From: Fistulifera solaris
Lineage: Eukaryota
NCBI GenBank assembly: GCA_030295235.1
Contig: AP026133.1
Span: 248,001 to 312,000 of the forward strand
Reading direction: 5' to 3'
Length of the DNA: 64,000 bases
The position numbers were made by a program, and so were the translations under genes. Shown piece by piece: positions 23,771-34,690 of this stretch. Positions within the stretch are counted from its first letter, which is position 1, and each line of letters starts with the position of its first letter. A model generated the notes under the pieces. The model made no database searches. It was not told the DNA's origin and was given only the letters and a program-made list of their open reading frames with translations.

Positions 23771-25799
23771 CTGGACTACCTCAAAGATGATCGAAGGTAC
23801 ATGGATCCTGCATTACTTGAAACTGGCGCAATTCTGGTCAACCATTTCCCAACATGCGTCATTGACATGGATGCAGGAATTACTTCTGAAGATTTGGACA
23901 ACGATGATACCTCCGGAGGACATGGCCTTCACAATATTGACAAGATTGGCTTAGTAGAAGACTCTGATGCAGCCAATGCCATTGTCCAGTCACGGATTTT
24001 AAAGCTTACTGGAGAAGACGCTGCAGAAATTCACGCTGAAGACGACAACGAAAATAACTATCTTCTGGATATGGACCTTGCTCCGTCAGGTAGTAACCGA
24101 GATATTGTAGTAATTATTCGTGACAAGGATTACACGGAAAGAAGAAGTCACGAACAAGAATTGACCATGGTTGATGATGTCGAGGTAGGCATCCATGACG
24201 ATTCCCGTCTGAACAGTGCACACTCGGGTCATCTGTCGACAATTCTAGAGGATGAAGATGTGGAACCAAGCACCGCACATAATGCTTTTGCCTCAAGTCC
24301 CGCAACAACAGAATATTCAGTAAATGAAATGCCAACAACTAGAACAAAGAGGAGATCCAAACAAGTAACGAATTTAAAAGCGCAGAAGGCAAGTCCATCT
24401 ACCGCAAAGTCATCGATATTGAAGACAGCGACCGCATCCAGACCGAATTTGAAACCACCGCCGACCACAACAGCTTGTGCTTCCAGTCCAGCAACAACAG
24501 ATTTTTCATTAGTCAAAATGGCAACGAGAAAGAGGAAAACGGCCGAAACAGCCACCAAATCAAAAAGCTGAAGGAACAAGTCCCGCCACAACTGATTCGT
24601 CAATCTTTGAGAGGCCGACCATGAAGAGTCAAAATCTGAAGCCACCACCTGATATCAGAGCTCATGCCTTGACTATCGAGTCTTCAATGAATGAGAATAC
24701 AACACAAAAAAGGAAAAGATCGAAACTGACAGCAAATTCCAGAGCCAAAGGCCCGACTCATGCCCGTAAAAAGAAGTTGAAACCGCCACCGATTGCAGAA
24801 GCAAAAGCAGGAAGTCCCGCCACAGCAGTTTCTTCCATAGTTGAGATGCCAACTATGAAGAGGGGTAATCTGAGAGCACTGCCAAGATCTCATTCAAACA
24901 GTCCAACAACCGAAGTATCACGATTCCTGAAGATATGATTATAAAGATACCGAAGACAGAACCCACTAATGCAAGTCCCGCCCACGTCTGCTAGTGACGA
25001 TTCATCACATGTATTTAAAAGGCGATTAGACATCCAAAAGAAGAATGCAAGTCCCGCCAAATCCGGTAATCTCAGTGACGATTCGTCGCATTTCCTGAAA
25101 ATGCCGCTAGATCTGCGAAGAAAGAACTTGGCACAAAATGAAGCTCTCAAGTTCATTTTCAGTGGGTATTCCGAAAACCAGAAGAACTCGTGAGAGCTAT
25201 AACAAGTCCCGCTACTGCCACTAGTGGGACCTCATCACAATTCTTGAGAACACCCTTCGACCTGAGACGTAAGATTGTAGATCCCAGAAATGAAAATCAA
25301 TTTTCATTACGTCGACAACAAGTAAGGCAAATTGGAGTAGCCCCTTTGCAACCCCCAGTCATTACTGATGAACCATCAAAGATCGTATCCTATTTTTACG
25401 ACACAGCTTATCCATTTGTGGGAACCATTGAGCAATTAAATTGTTTGGTTCAAGAACACGAGTTTGATATTCCAGAATCATTTCACGGAAACGGAAACAA
25501 ATGATTTAACGATGAAAAGAAGGGCTTCAACCCGAAAACGCAAGGCGCAAACCAGCGAGGACTTGTGAGTGAGAACAATATTGCAATCCACGTGCGCGGA
25601 ATACTCTTGCAGAGACAGCAAAAGGAAAGAAGTGGAATAGAATCATTTATCACTGTAGGGACAAGAAAGAATGGAAACGATCTGATTTACAACAAAGAAG
25701 ATGCCAGGGGATCTCTTCGGTCACTCCTTTTTGCAATCCAGTGCAAAGGGGGCGTTGATAAAGGTCGCTGAGTCGTCACGACCTGAAGAGGGAAAGAAG

Positions 25800-26518
25800 C
25801 ATCATATCAAGGTGCTAAGTGGTGCCACGGCATCCATAACCAGTGAATGCCTTGAAATTATGAACTCGCAATGTTATTTCAATGACGCGATTGTGAACAG
25901 TTTCCTTGAAAGCATAACAAGCAAGACCGTAACGGATGAGGGAGTTATTGCACACCCGTCGTATGTCATGAGTAATCTGTGGGATTCCGCCAACCAAAAT
26001 ATTAAGAGAGAGGGTAGACTGCAGCTTAGTTCAGCGTTTGTGGCATTGAATTCTATGACAAAATCGAACAATTTGGGCATTCATTTATTCCCTATGTGCA
26101 AGGAGAGGCACTGGTGGTTGATGGTGGTTGATGCCGATAATCGAGTTATTTATTCGCTCGACTCCCTCGAAGATCCGGACGATCACTACTCTAATGCTGT
26201 CTGGCTTTCAGGTTTATTTAAATTGCGTGCGGTGAGGCAGCAATTAGAATCTTGGCGTCAACAAGCGAGCAGCAGGAATCAACATTACCCGATTTAGCTC
26301 CGTGGGAATACCAAGAAATGCGTCTTCCCAATAAACTATTGCAACATGATGGCCATAGTTGCGGACCATATGTATGTTTTTATGCGGCGACAATTCTGAA
26401 ACATGGTCGACGTGCCCTCAATGAGAGGACATGGTTCCTTGACTCTATTTCGGAGATTGGAGTCGGAGATGATCTCCGACCTTTTGTATTTGATGTTATG
26501 TTTCAATTGGCTGAATGA
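25800..26518 (+). CDS. Ulp1/SENP family (peptidase C48) ubiquitin-like-protein protease domain inside the MULE
   Basis: YFNDAIVNSFL, then HLFPM-CKERHWWLMVVD (His CAC 26109) and IYSLDSL (Asp GAC 26160). After one frameshift near 26255, LLQHDGHSCGPYV (Gln 26342, Cys 26360). Confidence 0.9.
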
Positions 26519-26633
26519 CACGTATAGAGTAATGTGTGATATTAATCAACCAAGTCTAGTTTGAAACTGAAATTGTGTAGATTGGGTTTTGATTATTTAC
26601 ACGAAGTAGTTTTCGACGAAAGCCTTGATCGGT

Positions 26634-26792
26634 GGAAGGTCACGTAGGCTGGGTTTTTCTTTATTGGAAGGTCGCGCTCGCTGCATCAGGGTCACGCGTA
26701 GGCTGGTTTTTCTTTATTGACAATTGAGAGCGGTCGCGCTCGCTGACTTTTCTTTATCAAGAGCGGTCGCGCTCGCTGACTATTGTTTATTG
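26634..26792 (+). repeat. Subterminal mosaic tandem repeats of the MULE
   Basis: GGTCGCGCTCGCTG x3 (26670, 26732, 26765), TTTTCTTTAT x3 and CGTAGGCTGG x2. Confidence 0.85.
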
Positions 26793-26885
26793 AGGATTTG
26801 GTTATCTTAGAGGGGTGATTCATGAATCATCCGGGACTGTCATTCATAAGGCTTTGTTACTTTATCGAGCAACCTAAGTAGATTC

Positions 26886-27015
26886 TAAGTAATTAGTACC
26901 ACATCCAATGGCGCGTACTCTACTGTAAAGTTGAATGTAGTCAGTTAACGTCTCTCCTAACGGGAGAGCTATCGGAAGAGGTTCACCCTGGTTGGAGACC
27001 TAACGGAAGTCTCCC
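26886..27015 (-). repeat. Right terminal inverted repeat (130 bp)
   Basis: Exact reverse complement of 21162-21291. Confidence 0.97.
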
Positions 27016-27024
27016 TAAAAAATC
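27016..27024. repeat. Right target-site duplication TAAAAAATC
   Basis: Identical to 21153-21161. Confidence 0.95.
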
Positions 27025-27267
27025 GTCGGAGAAACGCATCTATGAGTTACTAGTAAGACGAAACTCACGGATCCACTATGGATTAAAGTGTTGACTAAAC
27101 CTCACAAGGACTCGAATGGATTTCAGTCCCGATTAGGTACACCAGCTTATCTTTTGCGAAAGCCTACTTCCCACCCTCTGCCGAAAGACACTTACCCAAA
27201 TTAACAAGTATATAAATTAAGAATTAAGACTTTATCGTCCTATCAGCCTTATGTGTTAGGCAAATAT

Positions 27268-28401
27268 TTATGATCGAACAACATGCCCTAAGCCGAGATG
27301 ATCCATCGTTCGACATACGACCATGACGACGCCAAACAACGAAACAAAGAACAGTCGGCGCCATTGAGGACCTAATGATCCACCAAGTTGTTAGTATGAT
27401 TGACAGAACGCTACGGTTGAATCAATCACGAAACGCCCTCACTACTACTTACTCTCCAAGGTCGATTTGCTCAAGGCAACTTTATCCAAATCTCGGACAT
27501 CCTTCTCATCCAGAGACCAACCCAAGCAGCCCACCGAATCACGAGCCTGTTCTACTGAACGACATCCTACCAACGGAATGACGTTGTGCTGAATACACCA
27601 ATTCAAGGCCACTTGTCCCATGGTTTTCCCATCCTTCTGTGCCTTTTCCTCAATCGTCGCACGCAAGGGCTGAATATCATCCCATTGCAGGCGGAGCATC
27701 TTGGCCGGTTTGTTGTGCTGCCATTTCTCCGTCGTCAATCCGCCCGTCAACAGTCCTTGACCAATGGGCGAGAATGCTACAATCTTGACGCCCAGTTCTC
27801 GACACGTTGCTTCCATTTCTTGCAATGCTTTCGAATTGTAATCCAGTAAACTGGAATGAACTTGATTGCAAATAACGGGAACTCCGTAGCGTTCTCCCGC
27901 CGCGACGGCCCGTCGCACTTGGTCGGCATTGCAATTGCTCAATCCCATGGCTTGGAGGAGACCTTTCTTCTTACATAACGCCGCCGCTTCGACCCAGTAT
28001 TCAATGGAACGACACCAATGTACGGGTGAATGCAACAAATAGATTGGAATACAGTCGATTTTCATCCTTTGACAGCTGGCCCGGACAGCGGCTTCGAAAT
28101 CCGAGTGCCATAACCGCCACGGTGCGGGGAGAAACTTGGTCATGAAAACAGGCGGAGCAGAAGAAAACAATCGACCCAAACGCTTTTCCGATGTTCCACC
28201 GCCATATCCTTCGGCGGTATCGTACAAGGTAACACCGGCTGCGGTACAAATGTCCACAATGTCGCGGCAAGTTTCATCGGACAGATTTCCGTGGTGATTG
28301 ACGACTTTGTCGTCGAGCCAGGTCGTGCCCCATTGGAGGGTTCCAATCGCCAATGGGACTTTCAATTCGATGCTGTGTTTCATTAATTCGACGACGCTCA
28401 T
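27268..28401 (-). CDS. Aldo/keto reductase (pyridoxal-reductase-like); intron 27372-27452
   Basis: GTLQWG, YDTAEGYGGGTSE, YLLHSP, MGLSN, AFSPIGQGLLTG, QVALNW. A GT..AG intron gives an in-frame second exon SPQWRRLFFVSLFGVVMVVCR...GHVVRS*. Confidence 0.88.
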
Positions 28402-28866
28402 ATGGTTATTTTTTTTTAGGAAAGACTCTTTCTTTTTGGTAATGACAAAGATACTTTTGTCTGTTGTATCGACATGGTTTCGCTTCGGATTTTTGTTTTT
28501 CGTTTTGCGAACGCGTGCCAAAGAACAAAGAACCGTGTTCGAATCTCACTCAATCTGTAACGGGAAGAATCTACTCTATGTTCAACAGTGCGGTTCGTGT
28601 TTGTTTGTAACATTCAGTCACGCAAGAAAAACCATTGTCATGAGTCACGAATCTTGTCGAATATGGCTAGGTCGATATCGCATCCACATCCTATTTCGTC
28701 GAAAATCGGGCGGTTTCGAATCAAAAGAGTCAACGAAAAGGACCTTACAATGACTGTCGTTGTTATTGCTGCTCTTCTCCCGACAAGAGTATTTCCAAAT
28801 CGCACCCTCGTTGCTCAAGCAGCACATACCTCAATAACAACCGCAACTCGAACTCTTGTAAAATCT

Positions 28867-29596
28867 TCAGTTGGTCTTGTTCCAAACTACTAAGCTGTTC
28901 CGCTGTGCTGCAGAGATCGATGAACGCAAATGGATCCCAACAGCCGGGCGCAACGACGACTTGTCGTCGTTTGCCCCGGACGCAATAATGGAATGTATTC
29001 GGGCCGAGTTAGTAGAAACCACGTCCGCGGCTATCTTGGGAGTGTGCAGAGAAGACCATTGCAAAAGAGCTTTATGAATCAAACTAACGCTGGAAGCAGC
29101 GTCAGTATTACCAAAATTCTTATACTCCTTGGGTCCACCCAGCGGCCCAGTATTTGGCATTTTCGAATCCCGAATGGCCCCCTTCTCCCATGAAATCACC
29201 TTCGTATCGATGAATCAGAGAATGGACCAAGTCGTTCACATCCTCCAAAGGATGATCTTGATGCCACGAGGTTTGACCCGGATGTGTGGCAGCATATTCC
29301 GCGATATCTTGATTGGTTGCATTAACACCGAGCAATACTTCATGAGCAGCATCTCCATAGCCACAAATCAAAAGCCAAATTGCTTGTGCTATTTTCGATG
29401 GGGTCTCGTGTGTTCCGAACAGCCAGAAATCTGTCGTTTTTAACGAGCGAAGTGCCGATATTCCGTGACGCTGGAGGGTGTATTGCAACGCCAGCGGTCG
29501 CGTTGCTACCGAAAAGTCGAAATTTCGCAATGCGGGAAAACTGGTTGCGCTGAGCAGTGCCGGGGACAGTACGATGAAACGCAAGAATGCATTCAT
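28867..29596 (-). CDS. Uncharacterised protein with signal peptide and H...HRxEGD...NAKYW motif (frameshift near 29135)
   Basis: ORF 29120-29596 (MNAFLRFIVLSPALLSA...) continues into the frame of 28867-29199 (GGPKEYKNFG...). Confidence 0.65.
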
Positions 29597-29909
29597 GGGA
29601 CAAAAGTTGAATTGAATTACCTGGTAATTCGTCTTGGCAGCCTATTTCTTTGACCACATGCGGCATTTCAAAAAAAACAATCACGTGTTGAATAACGCTT
29701 AACCTTATGATCTGCCCCGTCCTCAAAAATCTAGGTTGTAGCACCAACCAGAGGCACTTAACATTTCTTCCTTCTTGGCTATGCAATACAAGTTTTCAAC
29801 ACATCTCTTCCTTTCTTCGCTATCCAATACAAACATGACAGTACAGCTATTTTCATATTACTAAAATATACACACAAAATTGCTAACAAGGCGTCAAGCG
29901 CAGCCAATT

Positions 29910-32206
29910 CTAAAGGAATTCTCCGATAGATTCGGCGCTGCTTCGATTTTCGTGTCGTCGACCCATCAAGTCCTGTAGCCGCATTCGTCCTTCGAAAATG
30001 TTATCCCACGCACGTTTCAACCTTTTGGTGACTTGAATAGGGTCTTGTACAATTTCTGTTGGTGCATCTTCCGAAAAGGTAACCAATTTCAAATCTTCCA
30101 GATCGTTCAGCGCGGCATCGATATTGACGGGAATCTCGCGATCGTCTCCCTTCCTAAGAAGATCATTTACTTGGCAACTACCTTCCCGGACCAGTTGAGA
30201 TCGTGACAAAGTTGCCGGTTCAGCCGTGCTTTTCGATAGCCGACACAGCCACTCGTGAACCAGTGCCGCCCGGGAGGCTCTTTGTGACCCGGCTTCCGTT
30301 GCGAGATACTTGAGAGCTCCACTGTTGCGATGAGAAATCTTGGAAGTCAAGAATGTTTTGACCAATAAGTTGTATCGGGCTAGCTTGTTCGAGTAACGCA
30401 AAACGGTCCGCAGCAACCAAAGGGAAACTGAGACGACCGCCAGCAAGTCCAACTTGGGACTATCGAACCGTTCGCGAACCAATCACCAATAGAAACGTCA
30501 ACACGCTGACAAAATCAAAGACGAAAGCATCGGCAGGACGGAACACCAGTTTTGTCTTTGGCAGCACGGCAGGAACATTCGCCATGGGAACTCCTTCAAA
30601 ATTGCGGATTTCGAGAGGCATCTTCATTTTGCCTTTCTTCCCAGAGTTTGGTTTGGGCGGTAGCGCGCCTTCGATATCGAACATATCAGCTATTTCGTAA
30701 ACAATATTGGGGCCGGATGACGAGTGGCTGCTTCTTCTCTTCGTCGGACAGAGGTCGCCATATCACCACTACTTCTTCGTACGTCGGCTCGACAATTTCT
30801 GATTTGGAGATTAGTGTACGGAATAGCTTGTCGCCGACCACTTCGAGTAAATATATTGACAAGATTGCTGATTGTGGCACGCTCCAATACCTGCATAGGA
30901 GGCCTTGTCAAGTTCGGCCCCAGAGTCCCCACATCGTAGGCACACCGGAAATCCGGTCGAGCCAGTGAAGATTCTTTGATTAAATTATTGATGGAAGCGG
31001 GCGAAGGACTTGCTCGAGAGAAGATCGGAGTTCGAGTATCACTGTCAAAGCTGCATTCTTCAAATGGTGCTAGGGCATCAAAGGGATCTTCGGACGTCAC
31101 AAACTCCTTTTTGAACCACCATAGCGAGTCAGCTTAAAGAACGGAGTGTTGCCACCGTTGCGCTCCTCCGAAGTTGGGACGGAAAGCTGCAAACGACGTA
31201 TTATGAACGAAGGGAGCGACTTTTGACTCGCCAATGCATCCAGTCGCTGCGACACAGAGGCAGCCACGCTTCGATAAGTCTTTTTCAGCGCCTGTGTTGA
31301 CGAATCTTCAATTTCGTCCAGACGACGTTTGACCCAAGAAGCCGATCGCTGGACGACACTGGCTTGTAGATAATCCAATTTCGGGAGGAACAATCGACCA
31401 CGAGTAATTTCGCGGGAATAGCCGCGACGATAAACTAATACTCTTCCTCCAAATAGCAACTCTTCGTGATTCCGTAGCTTTCCTTCCGTATCGAATCGTT
31501 CCGGATAAAACTCACGCGCCAAATTCTCATCCAAACCGGAGACATCCGGCACGACCGACAATCGGAGCAAGTATCCCGCATTGAGTGCTTCACACAGATC
31601 TAAATCGCGTTTTGTGAGTAACGAAAAGCCGGCATCTTCCAGACACGTGCGAGTATACTCCGGCAGCTTCTCATCTTCCACGGCACTGCCCAGTTTTTCA
31701 CATTGCATGTACGATAGTAGACGCGATTCATCGTGGGCTACAGCGTGATAAATATCATCCAGTCGCCGTAACATATAGGGAGCCTCAAAGAGTGATACAG
31801 GAAAGACGTCTATTGTTGGAGAGGGCAATTTGGAGTCGGAGTACGTTACAATGCGGCACGTAGGGCGTTCATCATCATCGTTCTTGTCCTCTTTTGATGG
31901 GTCCAATTTTACAACAATCTCGCCATTTGTTTCATCGTTCATGGATGATTCATCTTTAAAGGCTTCTTCTCCAAGAATATGTGTCAGTACTGTCGCACGT
32001 TCGATCACGGACGCGATCAATGGTTTCGAACGCTTTCGACTTTCACATGTCCTCTCGGCAAGAAAATCACGAAAGTCGTGTGGACTAAAGATGACAGATG
32101 GATATGTGGCGCGATGTATATCAACTTTCTTTGGGTAGCGTAATGTGAAACCTTCGATACTCGTGAGGCTCAGCAATAAAAGCGTTGGTAGCATGCACCT
32201 GACCAT
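29910..32206 (-). CDS. DUF3754-domain protein, possibly plastid-targeted (frameshift-split)
   Basis: LTKRDLDLCEALNAGYLLRLSV, VLVYRRGY, EPTYEEVVVIWR, FEGVPMANVPAVLPKTKLVFRPAD. Signal peptide ...SIEG/FTL. Confidence 0.75.
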
Positions 32207-33694
32207 CGCCAAACTGGAGTTACCCTCCGCATTGCGAACACGGGGGAGTGTTCGTTTCCTTGTTCGATAGTGAATTGCGTTCATTGTTCAAACACAATTG
32301 TTTTGTTTTCAAGTAACGGTGATGTATCTTCTATTCGCTTGCTGGGAGGCAGGGTACAAGAGGTATCTTTGGCGTTCTTACCGCGAGATCTTCACGAGAG
32401 CAATGATTTCAACAAGAACAATAAAAGGAGGAAGATCGCCAACGCGCGTAGGCGACGTGGCACCATAATATTCCTGTAATTAGAGGATACCTTCCGAATT
32501 TTCTATCTTCTTCAAAGTACCAAAACCCGGTGCTTTGAAATACTACTGAAAAATGCTTCTTTGTGGTACTGGATTTGAGTAGATCTTGTTCGAGAATTAT
32601 CGTCAAGGATATCCAGGGTTTCTGCTCTTACGTGATCCAAAAGTTCAAAATTTTTTCCTCCGAGCAAGGCAATATTAGTTGCTCTTGGTGTCTCTAGATG
32701 ATTCTAGGATAGTGATGATAATTCTTCTATTGCAACTAATGAAAGAACCTAAATTTATAATTACTTTTAAAGCTTAGGAACGATGCCCCGAGTCGTCATT
32801 TTCAACGAACCATTCCTTTGCGTGCGAGGGCTTCCAAAAGACCTTGCTAAGCTTGAGTGCCAACGTGCCCACGACATTCAATGCTTATGTCAATCATTGA
32901 AAAGCCAAACAAAATGGCAAGCCAGAGTAAAGTAAATCATGCCGCGGGGAATCTAATTGTCAACGTGCAGTGTAACACTTCCAATACAATCACCCGTCCT
33001 CAGACAATACGTGGCGCGTTGATAAGGTTTCTTGAAACCGTTGTTTAGAACTCGATTGAGATCGTACATGAATACGGATGGGAGAGATGGAGATGTTTAG
33101 TTCGAGTGGGATTGGATTACTTAGCTCGTGACTGATGTCACAATTCATAATAATAGCTGAAGCTAAAGTGCCAAAACGAAAGCAAGATGGAAGCAGGTGT
33201 ATTGTCTAAAATCGAGCTACCTGGTACCATACTGAATTCTCAAGTTTGCTAAAGAAATGTGGTTTTATCGAGATGTTTGTAGTTTTTCGTTCTTTTACCA
33301 ATATTGTGTCCTTTAGCAGTTTGAAATTATGACCAATATCCTCATTTTTTACGAGAATTGAAATGATGTTCACCGCATGATACAAATGATTGTACTTCGA
33401 ATTGAGATCTTTGTGACTGTTTTGTGACTATGACCCTGATTTTGTTATGTTTGCTTGTCGCGTCTTACGTGACTCTATGAAGAAGTGTAGGGAAGGACAC
33501 CATCCCTCATCGCTCGCGTCCGCACAATGCACGCACGAAGCACGTCAGTCATGCAGCGTCAAACGTGTTGACTGTTGACAAAGCTTTTTAGGGGCGTTGA
33601 CAAGATTAGCACTTGAGCTAGAGAGTAAATTGACGACTCGACTGTACGCACAAGAACAACCAGGAACAGCACCACTTCATTGATTTCCATTACC

Positions 33695-34690
33695 ATGGCT
33701 TGCACGGCTTGTCATCTCGCTAAACGCAAATGCGACAAGAAATCGCCCTGTTCTCGCTGCATCAGCAAAGGACTCGAATGTATTCCTCATATCTCCCGTC
33801 AAGGAAAAAAGAAAGTCCGGAGGATTGAAGAGAAAAAAGATGATGGCCTCGATCGTCTCCTTCTCGAGCAAGTCACCGGGACGGAACCCGTTCAGGGCCA
33901 CACGCACCACTTTGGATTGAAGTATTTGGTTCGATCTTGGATTTCGTTTGCGTTCAAACGGCGGAGTTTTCATCTTATGCAGCGGGGATGTGCGCTGGCC
34001 ATCAAAGTGGGTTTTTCGATGGATGAGATATTTTGCGAGCAGCCCAATTCACGTGAGATGGACTTTTTGAAAAACATAATTTTGGTACCCATGGAAGCGC
34101 AGCATCTGTATGTCCCCACACCGCTGCAGTGGACGGAAATTCCTGAGAGACTTTTGCGAAACACCGATACCATTGGCTCTTCAGGGAATAGAGAAGGTCG
34201 TTGGATATGGATGCGCGAAATGGTTAAGGGAGAATCGCGGTATTTAGTATCGGAAGCGTTTGAAAGAGACATTGCGCCATGGAGCTCTTTACAAAAGGCA
34301 TGGGAAGACAACCGGGGGGCCGTGATCGATTTGTTTGTCATTGCCGAAGATAAGCACAAACATACCAAGTCATTCGCTCATCAAATATCCTTATACAAAG
34401 ACCAGGTTATAAACGGAGAAGGAAATCGTCTCACTCGCACTCGCGTCAGACTTCGCTCGAAAAATGAAGGGATCCTTATGGTCGACCAAGTGACGTGCTT
34501 GGAGATCGTCAATCTCGACGTGGCGTATTTGTTTGCGGAATACGTTCGAGTCGAACCCGAGCCAATTAACGCAACACACCCCGCGAAAAACAACCGGCTC
34601 GTGAATACTGGCACATTTTTCGAGTATTTTGATTTGGACAATATCGTTTTGGATGATGACTTGGAACAAATTTTTAATTTGGTACAATAA
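33695..34690 (+). CDS. Zn(II)2Cys6 (GAL4-type) binuclear-cluster transcription factor
   Basis: MACTACHLAKRKCDKKSPCSRCISKGLEC matches CX2CX6CX5CX2CX6C; intact ORF. Confidence 0.9.
   Translation: MACTACHLAKRKCDKKSPCSRCISKGLECIPHISRQGKKKVRRIEEKKDDGLDRLLLEQVTGTEPVQGHTHHFGLKYLVRSWISFAFKRRSFHLMQRGCALAIKVGFSMDEIFCEQPNSREMDFLKNIILVPMEAQHLYVPTPLQWTEIPERLLRNTDTIGSSGNREGRWIWMREMVKGESRYLVSEAFERDIAPWSSLQKAWEDNRGAVIDLFVIAEDKHKHTKSFAHQISLYKDQVINGEGNRLTRTRVRLRSKNEGILMVDQVTCLEIVNLDVAYLFAEYVRVEPEPINATHPAKNNRLVNTGTFFEYFDLDNIVLDDDLEQIFNLVQ

Larger units (their letters stand above)
21162..27015 (+). mobile_element. Complete Mutator-like (MULE) DNA transposon carrying a Ulp1-type protease
   Basis: Perfect 130-bp TIRs (21162-21291 and 26886-27015) beginning GGGAGAC. 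9-bp TSD TAAAAAATC at 21153-21161 and 27016-27024. Internal MULE DDE motifs, SWIM finger and C48 protease. Confidence 0.96.

Noticed and set aside
24290..26792. CRISPR-like array in the repeated segments
   Set aside because: The repeats are degenerate, irregularly spaced and partly protein-coding, there are no cas genes, and the context is eukaryotic.
21162..27015. Classification as Zisupton, CACTA or hAT because of SWIM plus Ulp1
   Set aside because: The 9-bp TSD, 130-bp G-starting TIRs and DGTH / TDR / CxxH / TNxxES motifs fit Mutator.
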